Shown here: positions 50,512 through 62,082 of the stretch, piece by piece
How the letters are laid out: every line of letters starts with the position of its first letter
How positions within the stretch are numbered: position 1 is the first letter of the stretch
Source of the DNA: an uncultured Actinomycetes bacterium
GTDB taxonomy: Bacteria > Actinomycetota > Acidimicrobiia > Spongiisociales > DATADW01
Length of the DNA: 64,000 nt
NCBI GenBank assembly: GCA_963780745.1
Contig: CAWACT010000010.1
Coordinates: 196,555 to 260,554, forward strand
Direction of reading: 5' to 3'
The notes under the pieces: generated by a model
The model's database searches: none
What the model saw: only the letters and a program-made list of their open reading frames with translations
Told to the model about the DNA's origin: nothing
Position numbers and translations under genes: made by a program

Positions 50512-52180
50512 TCAGGGCCGGCGCGGTTGGTCTGCGGCCTCGATCCTGAACCAGCGGTGATCGAACCCCTGAAGGTCGATCTCGAGCCCATTCCTCCGCT
50601 GTCGCACCTCGCCGAGCCCAGGTGACAACAGGTCATCCAACCGGTAGTCAGCCGGTAGCCGGCCGAGGTCGACCCGCGTGGTCGTCGGACTCGAGCTGAA
50701 GTTATGTACGACGAGGACCGATCGCCCCTCCCAGTCGCAACGGTGGGCGAGCACAGCGTTTTCGTCGGTATCGCACACGGTGAGGGCCCCCCACCCCAAC
50801 TCGGGGGTCTCGCGGCGGCGCCGGATCATCCGCTCCATCCAGATGAGCAGCGAATCTGGATCCCGCTCCTGGTCGGCCACATTCACCCCCATCGGCCCGA
50901 ATCTCCCGGATGGGGGCTGGCGCCTCAGCCGACGCGGGGGCGCCGAAGAGAACCCGCCGTTCCGGTCGCTCGACCACTGCATCGGCGTCCGCACGCTGAG
51001 CCTCCCCGGCACGGACAAGTTCTCGCCCATTCCGATCTCCTCTCCGTAGAAGAGCACCGGCGTACCCGGGAGGGAGAGCAGGAGGCTGTAGGTCATCCGC
51101 ATCCGCTCTGGGTTACCGTCGAGCATCGGGGGGAGACGCCGCCGCAAGCCGCGACCGAACAGCTGCATGTCCTCATCCGGGCCGAAGGCGTCGGCGACCT
51201 CGCCTTGCTGGTTTTCGGTCAGCTGGTCGAGGGTGAGCTCGTCATGGTTGCGGACGAAGTTGGCCCATTGACACTCGGGTGGGATTTTGGGCAACTGTTT
51301 GAGCTGCCGTGCCAGCGGCCGGGCATCCTCGCGGGCCAAGGCGAGATACATCCGCTGCATCACGGGGAAGTTGAACAGCATGTGGAGCTGGTCGCCGGGA
51401 TGCCCCCCGAAGAACTTGGTCAGCGGTCTCGGCGGCAGGTTGACCTCGCCGAGCAAGACGGCCCCGCCGTTGCGCCGCGAGATGAAAGACCGGAGGTCCT
51501 TGAGGAGCTCGTGCGGGTCGAGGCCTACATCCGTGTGGTCCCTCCTCGAGCAGGAAGGGGACGGCGTCGATGCGGAAGCCGTCCACACCGAGCTCCATCC
51601 AGAATCCGGCGATCTTCTCGATCTCGGCGCGCACCACCGGGTTGGCGTAGTTGAGGTCGGGCTGATGTGCGTAGAAGTGGTGTAGGTACCACTGCCCGGC
51701 CCGTTTATCCCAGCTCCAGATGCTGTCCTCGGCATCGGGGAACACGATGTTGGGGGAAGGGCCCGGCGGCGGCTCGTCGCGCCACACGTAGTAATCGCGA
51801 AAAGGCGAAGACCGGCTGGCGCGGGCTTGCCTGAACCAGGGATGGCGATCGGAAGTGTGATTCACCACCAGGTCGATGATGACCCGGAGCCCCCTGTCCT
51901 TGGCGGTGCGGATGAGGACGACGAAGTCCCCCAGCGTTCCCAACGACGTGTCGACTCCATAGAAGTCGGAGATGTCGTACCCATCGTCGCGGCCCGGCGA
52001 TGGGTAGAAGGGCATCAACCAGAGACAGGTGACCCCGAGATCGGCGAGGTACTCGATTCGCTCGATCAGACCGGTCAAGTCGCCCCACCCGTCGCCGTTG
52101 CTGTCGTAGAAGGTCTCGATGTCCAGGCAATAGATGACAGCGTTCTTCCACCACAGGTCGCTCATCTGGGCGAGGCTCAT
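50512..52180 (-). CDS. GH13 trehalose synthase (TreS)-like protein (frameshift near 51545)
   Basis: WWKNAVIY, DDGYD, DLVVNHTS, QPDLN, GFRIDAVPF, LLGE, RNHDELTL, RTPMQW. Confidence 0.88.
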
Positions 52181-53143
52181 CGCCCCACCTCGTCGAGCAC
52201 GTGTTCACCGAAGGTCTCGACAAACCGCTCCTGGTCAGGTCCGACCTGGTGGAGATAGAGGCCATCGAACCCGAGGTCGCACAACTCGGTGAGCCAGGCG
52301 GCATGGCGGCCGAGGTCGCAGGAGACGAGGACGCTCCTGGTCACGTCCTCGGGACGAACGAACCGGGCGGCTTCGTCGAACTGTGCGGGTGTCTCCAGCT
52401 CCCATGCCAGCGCGGCGCCGAAGGTGTTCGTTGCCCATTGCTCGTGGGCGACGTGAAGGGCATCGGCCTCGGATTCAGCCCACGAAAGGTGTACTTGGAG
52501 GTAGGCCGGCTTCCCCTCTCCGCCACCGCCACGGAACGCGTCGAGAACCCGCTTGAGGTCGTCGGTCGGTTGGAGCACCGTGATCAGACCGTCCGCCCAA
52601 CCTGCCGACGCTCTTGGCGGTGGCGGCGCTGACGGCTGCACCGACCAGGTCGGGCAGCTTGGCCGGCAGGCTCCAAACCCGTGCCCGGTCGACCTCGACC
52701 AAACCGACGTGGTCCACCTCTTCTCCACGCAGCAGACGACGAATCACCGAGACACACTCCAGCAGCCGTTGATCGCGCAGTGGCTTGGTCATCCAGGGGT
52801 CGCCCGTGACGTGCTCGTTGATCGCCTCGCCCGAACCGAGCGCCGCCCAAAACCGACCGGGGAACATCTCGGCGAGCGTGGCGATGGCCTGAGCCACTAT
52901 CACCGGGTGGTACCGCTGCCCGGGGGCATTGACGACCCCGAAGGGCAGGGAGGTGGCCTGAAGGGCTGCGCCCAGCCATGACCAGGCGAAGCCGGACTGA
53001 CCTTGGCGCGCGCTCCAGGGCGCCAGGTGATCCGAGCACATCGCCGCTTCGAACCCTGCCGCCTCGGCGGCGACGACGGCACGGAGCAGGACGCTCGGAG
53101 GAAGCTGCTCGTGCGAGGCGTGGAATCCGATGAATGCCGTCAA
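52177..53143 (-). CDS. LLM class flavin-dependent oxidoreductase, TIGR03885-like (frameshift near 52605)
   Basis: IGFHASHEQ, SDHLAPWS, WSWLGA, GSGEAINEH. Confidence 0.85.
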
Positions 53144-53253
53144 CTGCCTGCCTCTTTCAAGATTCGGTGCCCACAATCCATCCCAACCCCCCCGCACCCC
53201 TCTCGGTCGCTGTACTGATGCAAATAGACCGGCTGCATTCTGACCGTCCCCCA

Positions 53254-53280
53254 GGATTCGACAATCCGGCGAAGGGGTAG
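53254..53280 (+). promoter_or_regulatory. SigF/SigB-type promoter
   Basis: GGATT-N16-GGGTAG. Confidence 0.68.
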
Positions 53281-53309
53281 GGACGGCTGACGCAAGGAAA
53301 GGAACGGTC

Positions 53310-54284
53310 TTGCCCATCGAATTCGGGCTCACCCTGTCGAGCGAGGAGCACCCGCCAAGCCGTCTGGTCGAGATGGCCACCATGGCCGAGCAGGCGGGCT
53401 TCGACTTCGTCTCGATATCGGACCACTACCACCCCTGGATCGACGCCCAGGGGCACTCCCCGTTCGTCTGGAGCGTGCTCGGTGCCATCTCGCAGGTCAC
53501 CGAGTCGATCGACGTGGGCGTCGGCGTCACCTGCCCGACCACGCGCATCCACCCCGCCATCCTCGCCCAGGCGACCGCTACCACCGCCAACCTGCTGCCC
53601 GACCGCTTCATTTGGGGTGTGGGCACGGGCGAGGCCCTCAACGAGCACATCCTCGCCGACCGGTGGCCGCCTGCGGAGATCCGGCTGGAGAAGCTCGAGG
53701 AAGCGGTGGAGTTGATCAGAGAGCTTTGGGAGGGGGAGAGCGTCAACCACCGAGGGACCTACTACACCGTGGAGGATGCCCGCATCTACGACCCGCCTCC
53801 CGGCCCGATCCCGGTGATCGTGTCCGCCTTCGGACCCAAGGCGGCCTCGGTGGCGGCCAGGATCGGGGATGGTCTGTGGATCACGGGTACCGACGATGAG
53901 ATCGTCGACCAGTTCGAATCCGAGGGTGGATCAGGACCTGTCTTCTCCCAACTCAGCTTGTGTCACGCCTCGTCGAAAGAGAAGGCGGTGGAGACCGCTT
54001 TCACCACCTGGCCGAACACGGGCGTTCCTGGCCAGCTGAGCCAGGACCTCCCCACCCCGGCCCACTTCCAGCAGGCATCGCAGAACGTCACCCCCGAGAT
54101 GATCGCCGAGTCCATCCCCTGCGGGCCCGACGCGGCGCCGATCCTGGAATCGGTGGACCAGGCGATCGAGGCCGGCGTCGACCACGTCTACTTCCACCAG
54201 ATCGGTCCCGACCAGGAGGGCTTCATCGAGTTCTGGAAGAAGGAACTCGAGCCTGAGTTGGCATCTCGCCGCGGCACTGGCTGA
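53310..54284 (+). CDS. F420-dependent LLM class oxidoreductase, G6PDH family (TIGR03557-like)
   Basis: LSSEE, SDHYHPW...QGHSPFVW, GTGEALNEH, HQIG. Confidence 0.88.
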   Translation: MPIEFGLTLSSEEHPPSRLVEMATMAEQAGFDFVSISDHYHPWIDAQGHSPFVWSVLGAISQVTESIDVGVGVTCPTTRIHPAILAQATATTANLLPDRFIWGVGTGEALNEHILADRWPPAEIRLEKLEEAVELIRELWEGESVNHRGTYYTVEDARIYDPPPGPIPVIVSAFGPKAASVAARIGDGLWITGTDDEIVDQFESEGGSGPVFSQLSLCHASSKEKAVETAFTTWPNTGVPGQLSQDLPTPAHFQQASQNVTPEMIAESIPCGPDAAPILESVDQAIEAGVDHVYFHQIGPDQEGFIEFWKKELEPELASRRGTG

Positions 54285-54311
54285 TCGTCGATCGGGCGGC
54301 ACTGACTGAGC

Positions 54312-54848
54312 TCAACCCAATGCGGCTCCAGCAGCTGCCCCCCTGATGCGATCTACGGCGGCAGCATCTGCCTCTGCCCGGTTGGCGCGCCGCCGCAGGT
54401 CGTCGATGTCCCAGTCGGGGTATGAATCCCTGGCGAGCTGGGTCATGGTCAGCCACAACCTTCTACGGCCCTCGATCGCCAGAACCATCGCTTCGAGTTC
54501 CAGCACCGGCGTCAATGGTGACCGACCAATCAAGCGGCCATTGAGCTTGAGCCGGCCTAGACGCTCCGCCAACACCACCGCGGTTTCTTTCGCCCGGTGG
54601 CGGGTACCTCCCACCCGGCCCAACAACCGCAGCAGCGCCCGTTTGTCCTCCTGGATGTGACCCAGGACCACGCTGACTGTTGATCCAACCTCGCCATCGC
54701 GCCGTGCCAGCCGCCTGGCAAGAGCGAGGCCCCCGATCGACCCTGCGTGGTGGTCGGCCAGGTAGATGCGAAGAAGCTTGTGCCTTCCGGGCCCGGACGA
54801 GTCGGGGATGGGCCAGACCGTGGAAGTGGTTTTCTCTGGGCGTGTCAC
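54312..54848 (-). CDS. Conserved actinobacterial hypothetical protein (helical)
   Basis: IYLADHHAGS, RLKLNGRL..RSPL..VLELE; start uncertain. Confidence 0.7.
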   Translation of the reverse strand: MTRPEKTTSTVWPIPDSSGPGRHKLLRIYLADHHAGSIGGLALARRLARRDGEVGSTVSVVLGHIQEDKRALLRLLGRVGGTRHRAKETAVVLAERLGRLKLNGRLIGRSPLTPVLELEAMVLAIEGRRRLWLTMTQLARDSYPDWDIDDLRRRANRAEADAAAVDRIRGAAAGAALG

Positions 54849-54889
54849 TGATGGGCTCCGTTTGTCTTGTCGGGTCTCGTGGACCGACC

Positions 54890-54916
54890 GTTCCCAATCC
54901 GCCAGACGGGCAAACC
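54890..54916 (-). promoter_or_regulatory. SigF/SigB-type promoter
   Basis: GGTTT-N16-GGGAAC. Confidence 0.65.
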
Positions 54917-54985
54917 GAAAGCAGGCCGCCTGCGCATGCCGACCGGGCGCCGGGGGTCCTTTACCCATCTAACGTGGGCAGCCAG

Positions 54986-56633
54986 ATGGCGGCGCCGCTC
55001 CAAGGGTTGATGCAGCGGCATCCGCTCGACGTCGGGATGGTGCTGCGCCGCGCCGCCACCGTCCACGGACTGAAACAGGTGCTCTCGGTAGGGCCCGGTG
55101 GTGTGCACCATCAAACCTGGGCCGAGACCGCAGACCGGGTGGGGCGGCTGGGCAACGCCCTCCGCTCCCTGGGGGTGAATCCCGGTGACCGGGTTGGGTC
55201 TTTCGCCTGGAACACACACCGTCACCTCGAGCTCTATTACGCCGTGCCCATGTCGGGGGCGGTCCTGACCACGCTCAACATCCGGCTCCACTCCCCCGAC
55301 GTGGCCTGGGTGGCCAATCACGCCGGGATCGAGGTGGTATTCGTCGATGCCGGGCTCACCGAGGCTTTCGCCGCCGTCCGGCGCGATCTTCCATCGCTGC
55401 GACACGTCGTCGTCATGGGTGACCCATCTGAGGCGGTGCATCGCGGACCTGGGTGATCACAAAAGGTATGAGGAGCTTCTCGCAGTTGAGAGCGCCGACA
55501 TCCATTGGCCCGATCTCGACGAGAACACGGCGGCGGTGCTCTGCTACACCAGCGGCACCACCGGAAGGCCGAAGGGAGTCCTCTATTCGCATCGCTCCGA
55601 GGTGCTCCACGCACTCGGTGCACTCGGGGCCGACTCCCACGCCATCGCCGAGCGCGACGTCGTGCTCTCGCTGGCTCCGCTGTTCCACGCCAACAGCTGG
55701 GGGCTGGCCTACTCGACCGCCTTGGCCGGCTCGACCCTGGTACTGCCGGGCAGGGACCTGTCACCGTCTGCGGTGGTGTCCCTGATCGAGCGGCTCGACG
55801 TGACCGTGGCCGCGGCGATTCCCACGGTCTGGCTAACGGTCGATCGCTGGCTCGAAGAGCACCCCGAGCGCGGTCTTGGCCGGTTGGAGCGGATCATCTG
55901 CGGCGGTGCCGCAGTCACCGAAGACCTCCTCGCCCGCTTCGAGTCGCGCGGCGTGCGGATCTCCCAGGCCTGGGGGATGACCGAGATGTCCCCGGGAGGG
56001 ACCATGTCGACGGTGCGCTCGGCATTCGAGGCATCAACCGATTAGGAGCGGCGGCGGCTGCTCGCCCTACCCGGTGTGGCCGTTGCCGGGGTCGAGTTGC
56101 GGGTTGTGGACGACGAAGGACACCCACTGCCCCACGACGGGTCGTCGGCGGGTGAGTTGGAGGCGCGCGGACCGTGGGTGGTCGCCGCTTACTACCTGCC
56201 TGACGACGAGTCCAACGAGGAACGGTTCCACGATGGCTGGTTGCGAACCGGTGACATCGCCACCATCGACGAGCGGGGCTACCTGAGGATCGTCGACCGG
56301 GCCAAAGACGTGGTCAAGTCGGGCGGGGAGTGGATCAGCAGCCTCGAGTTGGAGAAGCACCTTGCCGATCATCCCGATGTGGTCGAGGCAGCCGTAGTCG
56401 GGGTGAGCCACACCACGTGGCAGGAGCGGCCAATAGCCCTCTTGGTTCTGCGTTCAGGGGCTGATCTCGACGAAAAGGAGATGCGCGCCTTTCTCGATCG
56501 GAGGGTCGCATCGTGGTGGATCCCCGACCGATTCATCGCCGTGGACGAGATCCCGCACACCGCGGTGGGCAAGACCGACAAGCGGGCGCTCCGCTCCTCA
56601 TACGCCACCACGCTCGAGGAGGATGGAGAATGA
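54986..56633 (+). CDS. Fatty acid-CoA ligase (frameshift near 55430, in-frame TAG at 56043)
   Basis: YTSGTTGRPKG, AWGMTE, GWLRTGD, DRAKD..KSGGEWISS. Confidence 0.88.
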
Positions 56634-57826
56634 GCGTCGCATTTCGCACGGCAACGATCCCGGTTGGGCTTGCATGGTCATCCCCGTTCTCGCGCTGGCA
56701 GGGGCCGCTGGCCGACATGTCCGCCCTCGACCTCGGCGCCGATGTCACCAGCCGGGCACTGGAACAGCGAGGTTTCGACCCGGCATCGATCGATCGTCTC
56801 GTGTTGGGGATCACCACACCCCAACTCGGTGGCTTCTACGGCGCCCCCACCATGGCAGCCAGGATCGGGGCCCCCGGCGTCACCGGCCCCATGATCGCCC
56901 AGGCGTGCGCCACCTCGGCAGCGTGCATCGAGGCGGCGGCGCTCCACTCCGAGTCGTCGCCAGACACAATCGACCTGGTGCTGACCACCGACCGGACGAG
57001 CAACTCGCCTCTGGTGGTCTATCCGTCGAGCTCCGCGACCGGTGGCGAGCCGGGGCGCGAGCACTGGTTCCTCGACAACATCCGCCGCGACCCCTGGGCC
57101 GGCAAAGCGATGGTGGAGACCGCCGAGCTGGTCGCCGAGCAGGCCGGGATCACCCGCCAGGAGATCGACGACCTCACCCTGCTCCGCTACGAGCAGTACC
57201 GCACCGCCCTCGCCGACGACCGGTCTTTCCAGCGCAGATTCATGGTGGCGGTCGAGGTGCCCGGGCGGCGTGTGTCGGTGGAAGTCGAAGAGGATGTCGG
57301 TGTCCACGACACCACTGCCGAGGGCCTGGCCAAGCTCGACCCGGTGATCCCCGGTGGGGTGGTGACGTACGGGTCGCAGACACACCCGGCCGACGGCACC
57401 TCTGGAATGGTGGTGACCGGGCAAGAGAGGGCCCGTGAGCTGGCCGAAGGTCGCGGCATCGCCCGGATCCTCGGCAGCGGGTTCGCCCGTGTCGGCCGGT
57501 CGGAGATGCCAAAGGCGCCGGTCCCGGCTGCGCAGACCGCTCTCGACGCCGCCGGGATAGACATGGCGCAGGTGGACGCGGTCACCACCCACAACCCGTT
57601 CGCGGTCAACGACCTCTGGTTCTCCCGGGAGACCGGTTTCCCGCTTGAGCGGATGAACGTCCACGGGAGCAGCCTCGTCTACGGGCACCCCCACGCCCCC
57701 ACCGGCGCCCGGCTCGTGGTCGAGTTGATCAACACACTGGTGGAGCGCGGCGGTGGGGTTGGGCTCTTCACCGGCTGCGCCGCCGGGGACACCGGTGCGG
57801 CGCTGGTGCTGCGGGTGGAGGACTGA
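56630..57826 (+). CDS. Thiolase family protein (divergent motifs)
   Basis: QACATS, GHP..PTG, GCAAG; coupled to the ligase by ATGA overlap. Confidence 0.85.
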   Translation: MSVAFRTATIPVGLAWSSPFSRWQGPLADMSALDLGADVTSRALEQRGFDPASIDRLVLGITTPQLGGFYGAPTMAARIGAPGVTGPMIAQACATSAACIEAAALHSESSPDTIDLVLTTDRTSNSPLVVYPSSSATGGEPGREHWFLDNIRRDPWAGKAMVETAELVAEQAGITRQEIDDLTLLRYEQYRTALADDRSFQRRFMVAVEVPGRRVSVEVEEDVGVHDTTAEGLAKLDPVIPGGVVTYGSQTHPADGTSGMVVTGQERARELAEGRGIARILGSGFARVGRSEMPKAPVPAAQTALDAAGIDMAQVDAVTTHNPFAVNDLWFSRETGFPLERMNVHGSSLVYGHPHAPTGARLVVELINTLVERGGGVGLFTGCAAGDTGAALVLRVED

Positions 57827-57845
57827 CTCGTTCAGGTCAAATCGG

Positions 57846-58578
57846 TCAGTTCAAGTCGGTTTGGGCCACGAACCGCTCCAGAACGGTCCGGTCGCCGAAG
57901 ATCTGACCGACATCGATGGGCACCCGCCGGTAGAGGATCAACAGCAAGTCGGAAGCCGTGGCGCGTAGGGCGGCGTCGCCTTTGCCGTGGGCGCGTTCCA
58001 ACTCGAGCGAGCCGTCGTCCCGTTCGGACAGCATCCACTCGCCATCGGCATCGGTTGGGTGCATGTGGACCGACCCGCTCAACGCCACGGCGCCCTTGAT
58101 GCGCGATGGTGTGGAGAACTCGAGGAACTCGTCGACGGCATCGGCGGCGATGGCAGGGTCGATGGCGAATTCTCTCCCTGCTGCTGTCTCCGCATCCCAG
58201 CGGTGCACCGCGGTCTCCTGGGCCTGATGGCGGACGACGAAAGCGACGTCCTTCTGCGATGCCCAGGTCCAGACCGGTTCGCTCGGGTCGGCCCCACGCA
58301 GGGACGCCACCAAACCGGCGGCGCCCTTCGCGGAAGGCATCGAGCAACTCCCCGAAGTCCTCCGGTTGATCCAGCTCCTCGGGTACCTGGGACGGATCCT
58401 GCAACCGCCCTTCGACGATGGTCCGCCAGAAGTCATGGACTTCGTGGAGATGGGCTGCCAGGTCGCGTACCGTCCACCCCGGGCAGCCGGCCACAAGCTT
58501 GTCCGGGCCGGCCTCGGCGACGGCTTCGGCGAACCCAGCCGAGTCGCGCTCGATCGAGCCGAGGTAGTCGAGGTCCAT
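57846..58578 (-). CDS. Maleylpyruvate isomerase family (mycothiol-dependent) protein (frameshift near 58325)
   Basis: CPGWTVRDLAAH, QAQETAVHRWD, AADAVDE. Confidence 0.85.
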
Positions 58579-58667
58579 CGCGCAGATCGTAAACGGATGT
58601 CAGCACGGCGAAGAGGCGGCCACGTAGACTCGATTGCCGCGGACGAGCTGCCAAAGGAGGGTGTCCG

Positions 58668-59262
58668 ATGTTCTGGTTGGGGCTTCTCCTCGTCGCATGT
58701 GGCGTGTTCCTGCTCGTCTACGGGACGATGCTTTTCCGCTTCGCCATCGCCGTTGCCGGGTTCGTGGTCGGATTCGCCCTCGGCTGGTGGCTCCTGGAAT
58801 CGGCCAGCGACACCGCCCAGATCATCGTGGCATTCGCGCTTGGTGGGGTGCTCGCCATCGTTGGGTACTCGGTGGTCCGGCTCGGGGTCTATTTGGCTGG
58901 CGGGCTGCTCGGAGCGTTGGTGGCCCTCATCGTCCTCTCGTTCATCAACATCGGGTCGTCGGTGGTCAACGTGCTGGTGATCCTTGCCGCAGCAGTTGCG
59001 GTGGGGTTCTTTGCCCGGAGTCTCGGCCTATGGATCACCATCTTGGCGACGAGTGCCGCCGGTGCCTATGCCATCGTCTACGGGTTGAGCCGGATGTTCC
59101 CCGAGGCCACTCAGATCCGAGGATCTCGAGTCGGCGAAGATACCGATGACGGGTGCGGCCTTCACGATATTGATCGTGACGTTTGCCATCGGTTTCCTCT
59201 CGCAATGGACCCTCGCCCGAATACAGCGCCGGTTCGTGAACGCCGGTCCCGGCCAGGTGTAG
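58668..59262 (+). CDS. DUF4203-like multi-pass membrane protein (frameshift near 59115)
   Basis: Six Gly-rich TM helices; the last helix (AFTILIVTFAIGFLSQW) is in a shifted frame ending TAG 59260-59262. Confidence 0.72.
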
Positions 59263-59287
59263 GCACGGCGGGACGGAAATATCGATT

Positions 59288-59487
59288 CGCTCCCCCCGGC
59301 GAGGGGGAGTACCCGACGCCGCAGGCGTCGGGGGAGAGGGGCTGGTCCACTCCCAAAGGTGTGAAAGCCGCGTGTCGAGCACCGTTGGGAGTTCGACAGC
59401 CCCCCTACCCGCTGCTTCGCAGCGGGTCCCTTCCCCCCTGCGGGGGGACGGAGCGACACTTCCGTCTTCCGTCTTCCGTCTTCCGTC
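59288..59487. repeat. Complete family B REPIN-like element plus (TTCCGTC)4
   Basis: Two palindromic units in inverted arrangement (59288-59342, 59398-59456); right half shared with 11996-12150. Confidence 0.8.
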
Positions 59488-59488
59488 T

Positions 59489-59518
59489 AAAGAAGAGGGG
59501 CCCCGATTGGGGCCCCTC
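59489..59518 (-). terminator. groEL intrinsic terminator
   Basis: GAGGGGCCCC-AATC-GGGGCCCCTC-TTCTTT on the minus strand. Confidence 0.8.
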
Positions 59519-59540
59519 GTTCGTTCGGCTGTGATCTGGA

Positions 59541-61175
<1,635 letters not shown>

Positions 61176-61191
61176 TCAGGTTCCTCCCGGA

Positions 61192-61482
61192 TCAGTTGAC
61201 GATGGCGAGGACGTCGCGCGACGACAGGACCAGATACTCCTCGCCGTCGAGCTTCAGCTCGGTACCGGCGAACTTGGAGTAGACGACCACGTCGCCGACG
61301 CTCACATCCATGGGCAGCCGGTCGCCATCGTCGTTGAGGCCACCAGGCCCCACGGCGAGTACCTCGCCCAGCTGCGGCTTCTCCTTGGCAGTGTCGGGGA
61401 TCACCAGACCCGACGGAGTACGCGACTCGGCGTCCTCCTTGGGCCTGACCACCACCCGGTCACCAAGAGGCTGGAGCTTCAT
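61192..61482 (-). CDS. groES: Co-chaperonin GroES
   Basis: [27 protein letters not shown]. Confidence 0.97.
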   Translation of the reverse strand: MKLQPLGDRVVVRPKEDAESRTPSGLVIPDTAKEKPQLGEVLAVGPGGLNDDGDRLPMDVSVGDVVVYSKFAGTELKLDGEEYLVLSSRDVLAIVN

Positions 61483-61513
61483 GTCTCTCCTCCCTGTGGA
61501 CGTCCAGACGTAA

Positions 61514-61573
61514 CTAGCACTCGCGTTTGCTGAGTGCTACCGCACTTTAGCAGTCATGTCGAGGGAGTGCTAA
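61514..61573. promoter_or_regulatory. Two tandem CIRCE elements (HrcA operators)
   Basis: CTAGCACTC-N9-GAGTGCTAC (61514-61540) and TTAGCAGTC-N9-GAGTGCTAA (61547-61573). Confidence 0.93.
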
Positions 61574-61583
61574 ATGAGAAAGG

Positions 61584-61611
61584 TACTCAGTACTTAGTAC
61601 TCAGTACTTAG
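61584..61611. repeat. Heptamer tract (TACTYAG)4
   Basis: TACTCAG TACTTAG TACTCAG TACTTAG. Confidence 0.85.
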
Positions 61612-61622
61612 ACCAGAAGGGT

Positions 61623-62051
61623 CTAGTCGGCCAAGGTCTCCCAGATCAGCTCGGCGACATCGACGACAAGGTCGACGCCACTCCCATCGGCCCGGGAGCG
61701 GACCTCGCCGACCGCAGGGCACACTGCATCGTTGAGCCACGAATAGCGCTCGTCGCTGCTGAGGTGGGTGATCCAGGCGACGATCTGGCGGCGACCCTCG
61801 GGATAGCTGCGGCCATACCCCCGGCTGTCGTGGTAGATCACGGCGCCGTCGTCGGTTTCGATCACCCCCTGGAGATCCGGGCAGAAGGTTCCGTCGTTGC
61901 GGCGAAGCGGATGGTTTGCGGCGCGGTAGCGGCCCTCGACCCGTCCCTCGCACCGGCCCTCGGCGATGTAAAAGTGCCGCTCCTCGGGTCCCTCCACAGC
62001 CCACCCCTCGGTGTAGACGAACCGGATTCGATACAGTGGTTCGAGTCTCAT
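61623..62051 (-). CDS. DUF3237-like beta-barrel protein
   Basis: LEPLY, G.VEG, IETDDGAVI, RYSWLN...AVG. Confidence 0.7.
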   Translation of the reverse strand: MRLEPLYRIRFVYTEGWAVEGPEERHFYIAEGRCEGRVEGRYRAANHPLRRNDGTFCPDLQGVIETDDGAVIYHDSRGYGRSYPEGRRQIVAWITHLSSDERYSWLNDAVCPAVGEVRSRADGSGVDLVVDVAELIWETLAD

Positions 62052-62082
62052 GCGGCTCCTCGGTTAGGGGCACGAGGCCGGC

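Noticed and set aside
56043-56045. Pyrrolysine or stop-codon reassignment
   Set aside because: Single case, TAG is a normal stop for many genes here, and no pyl genes are in the window
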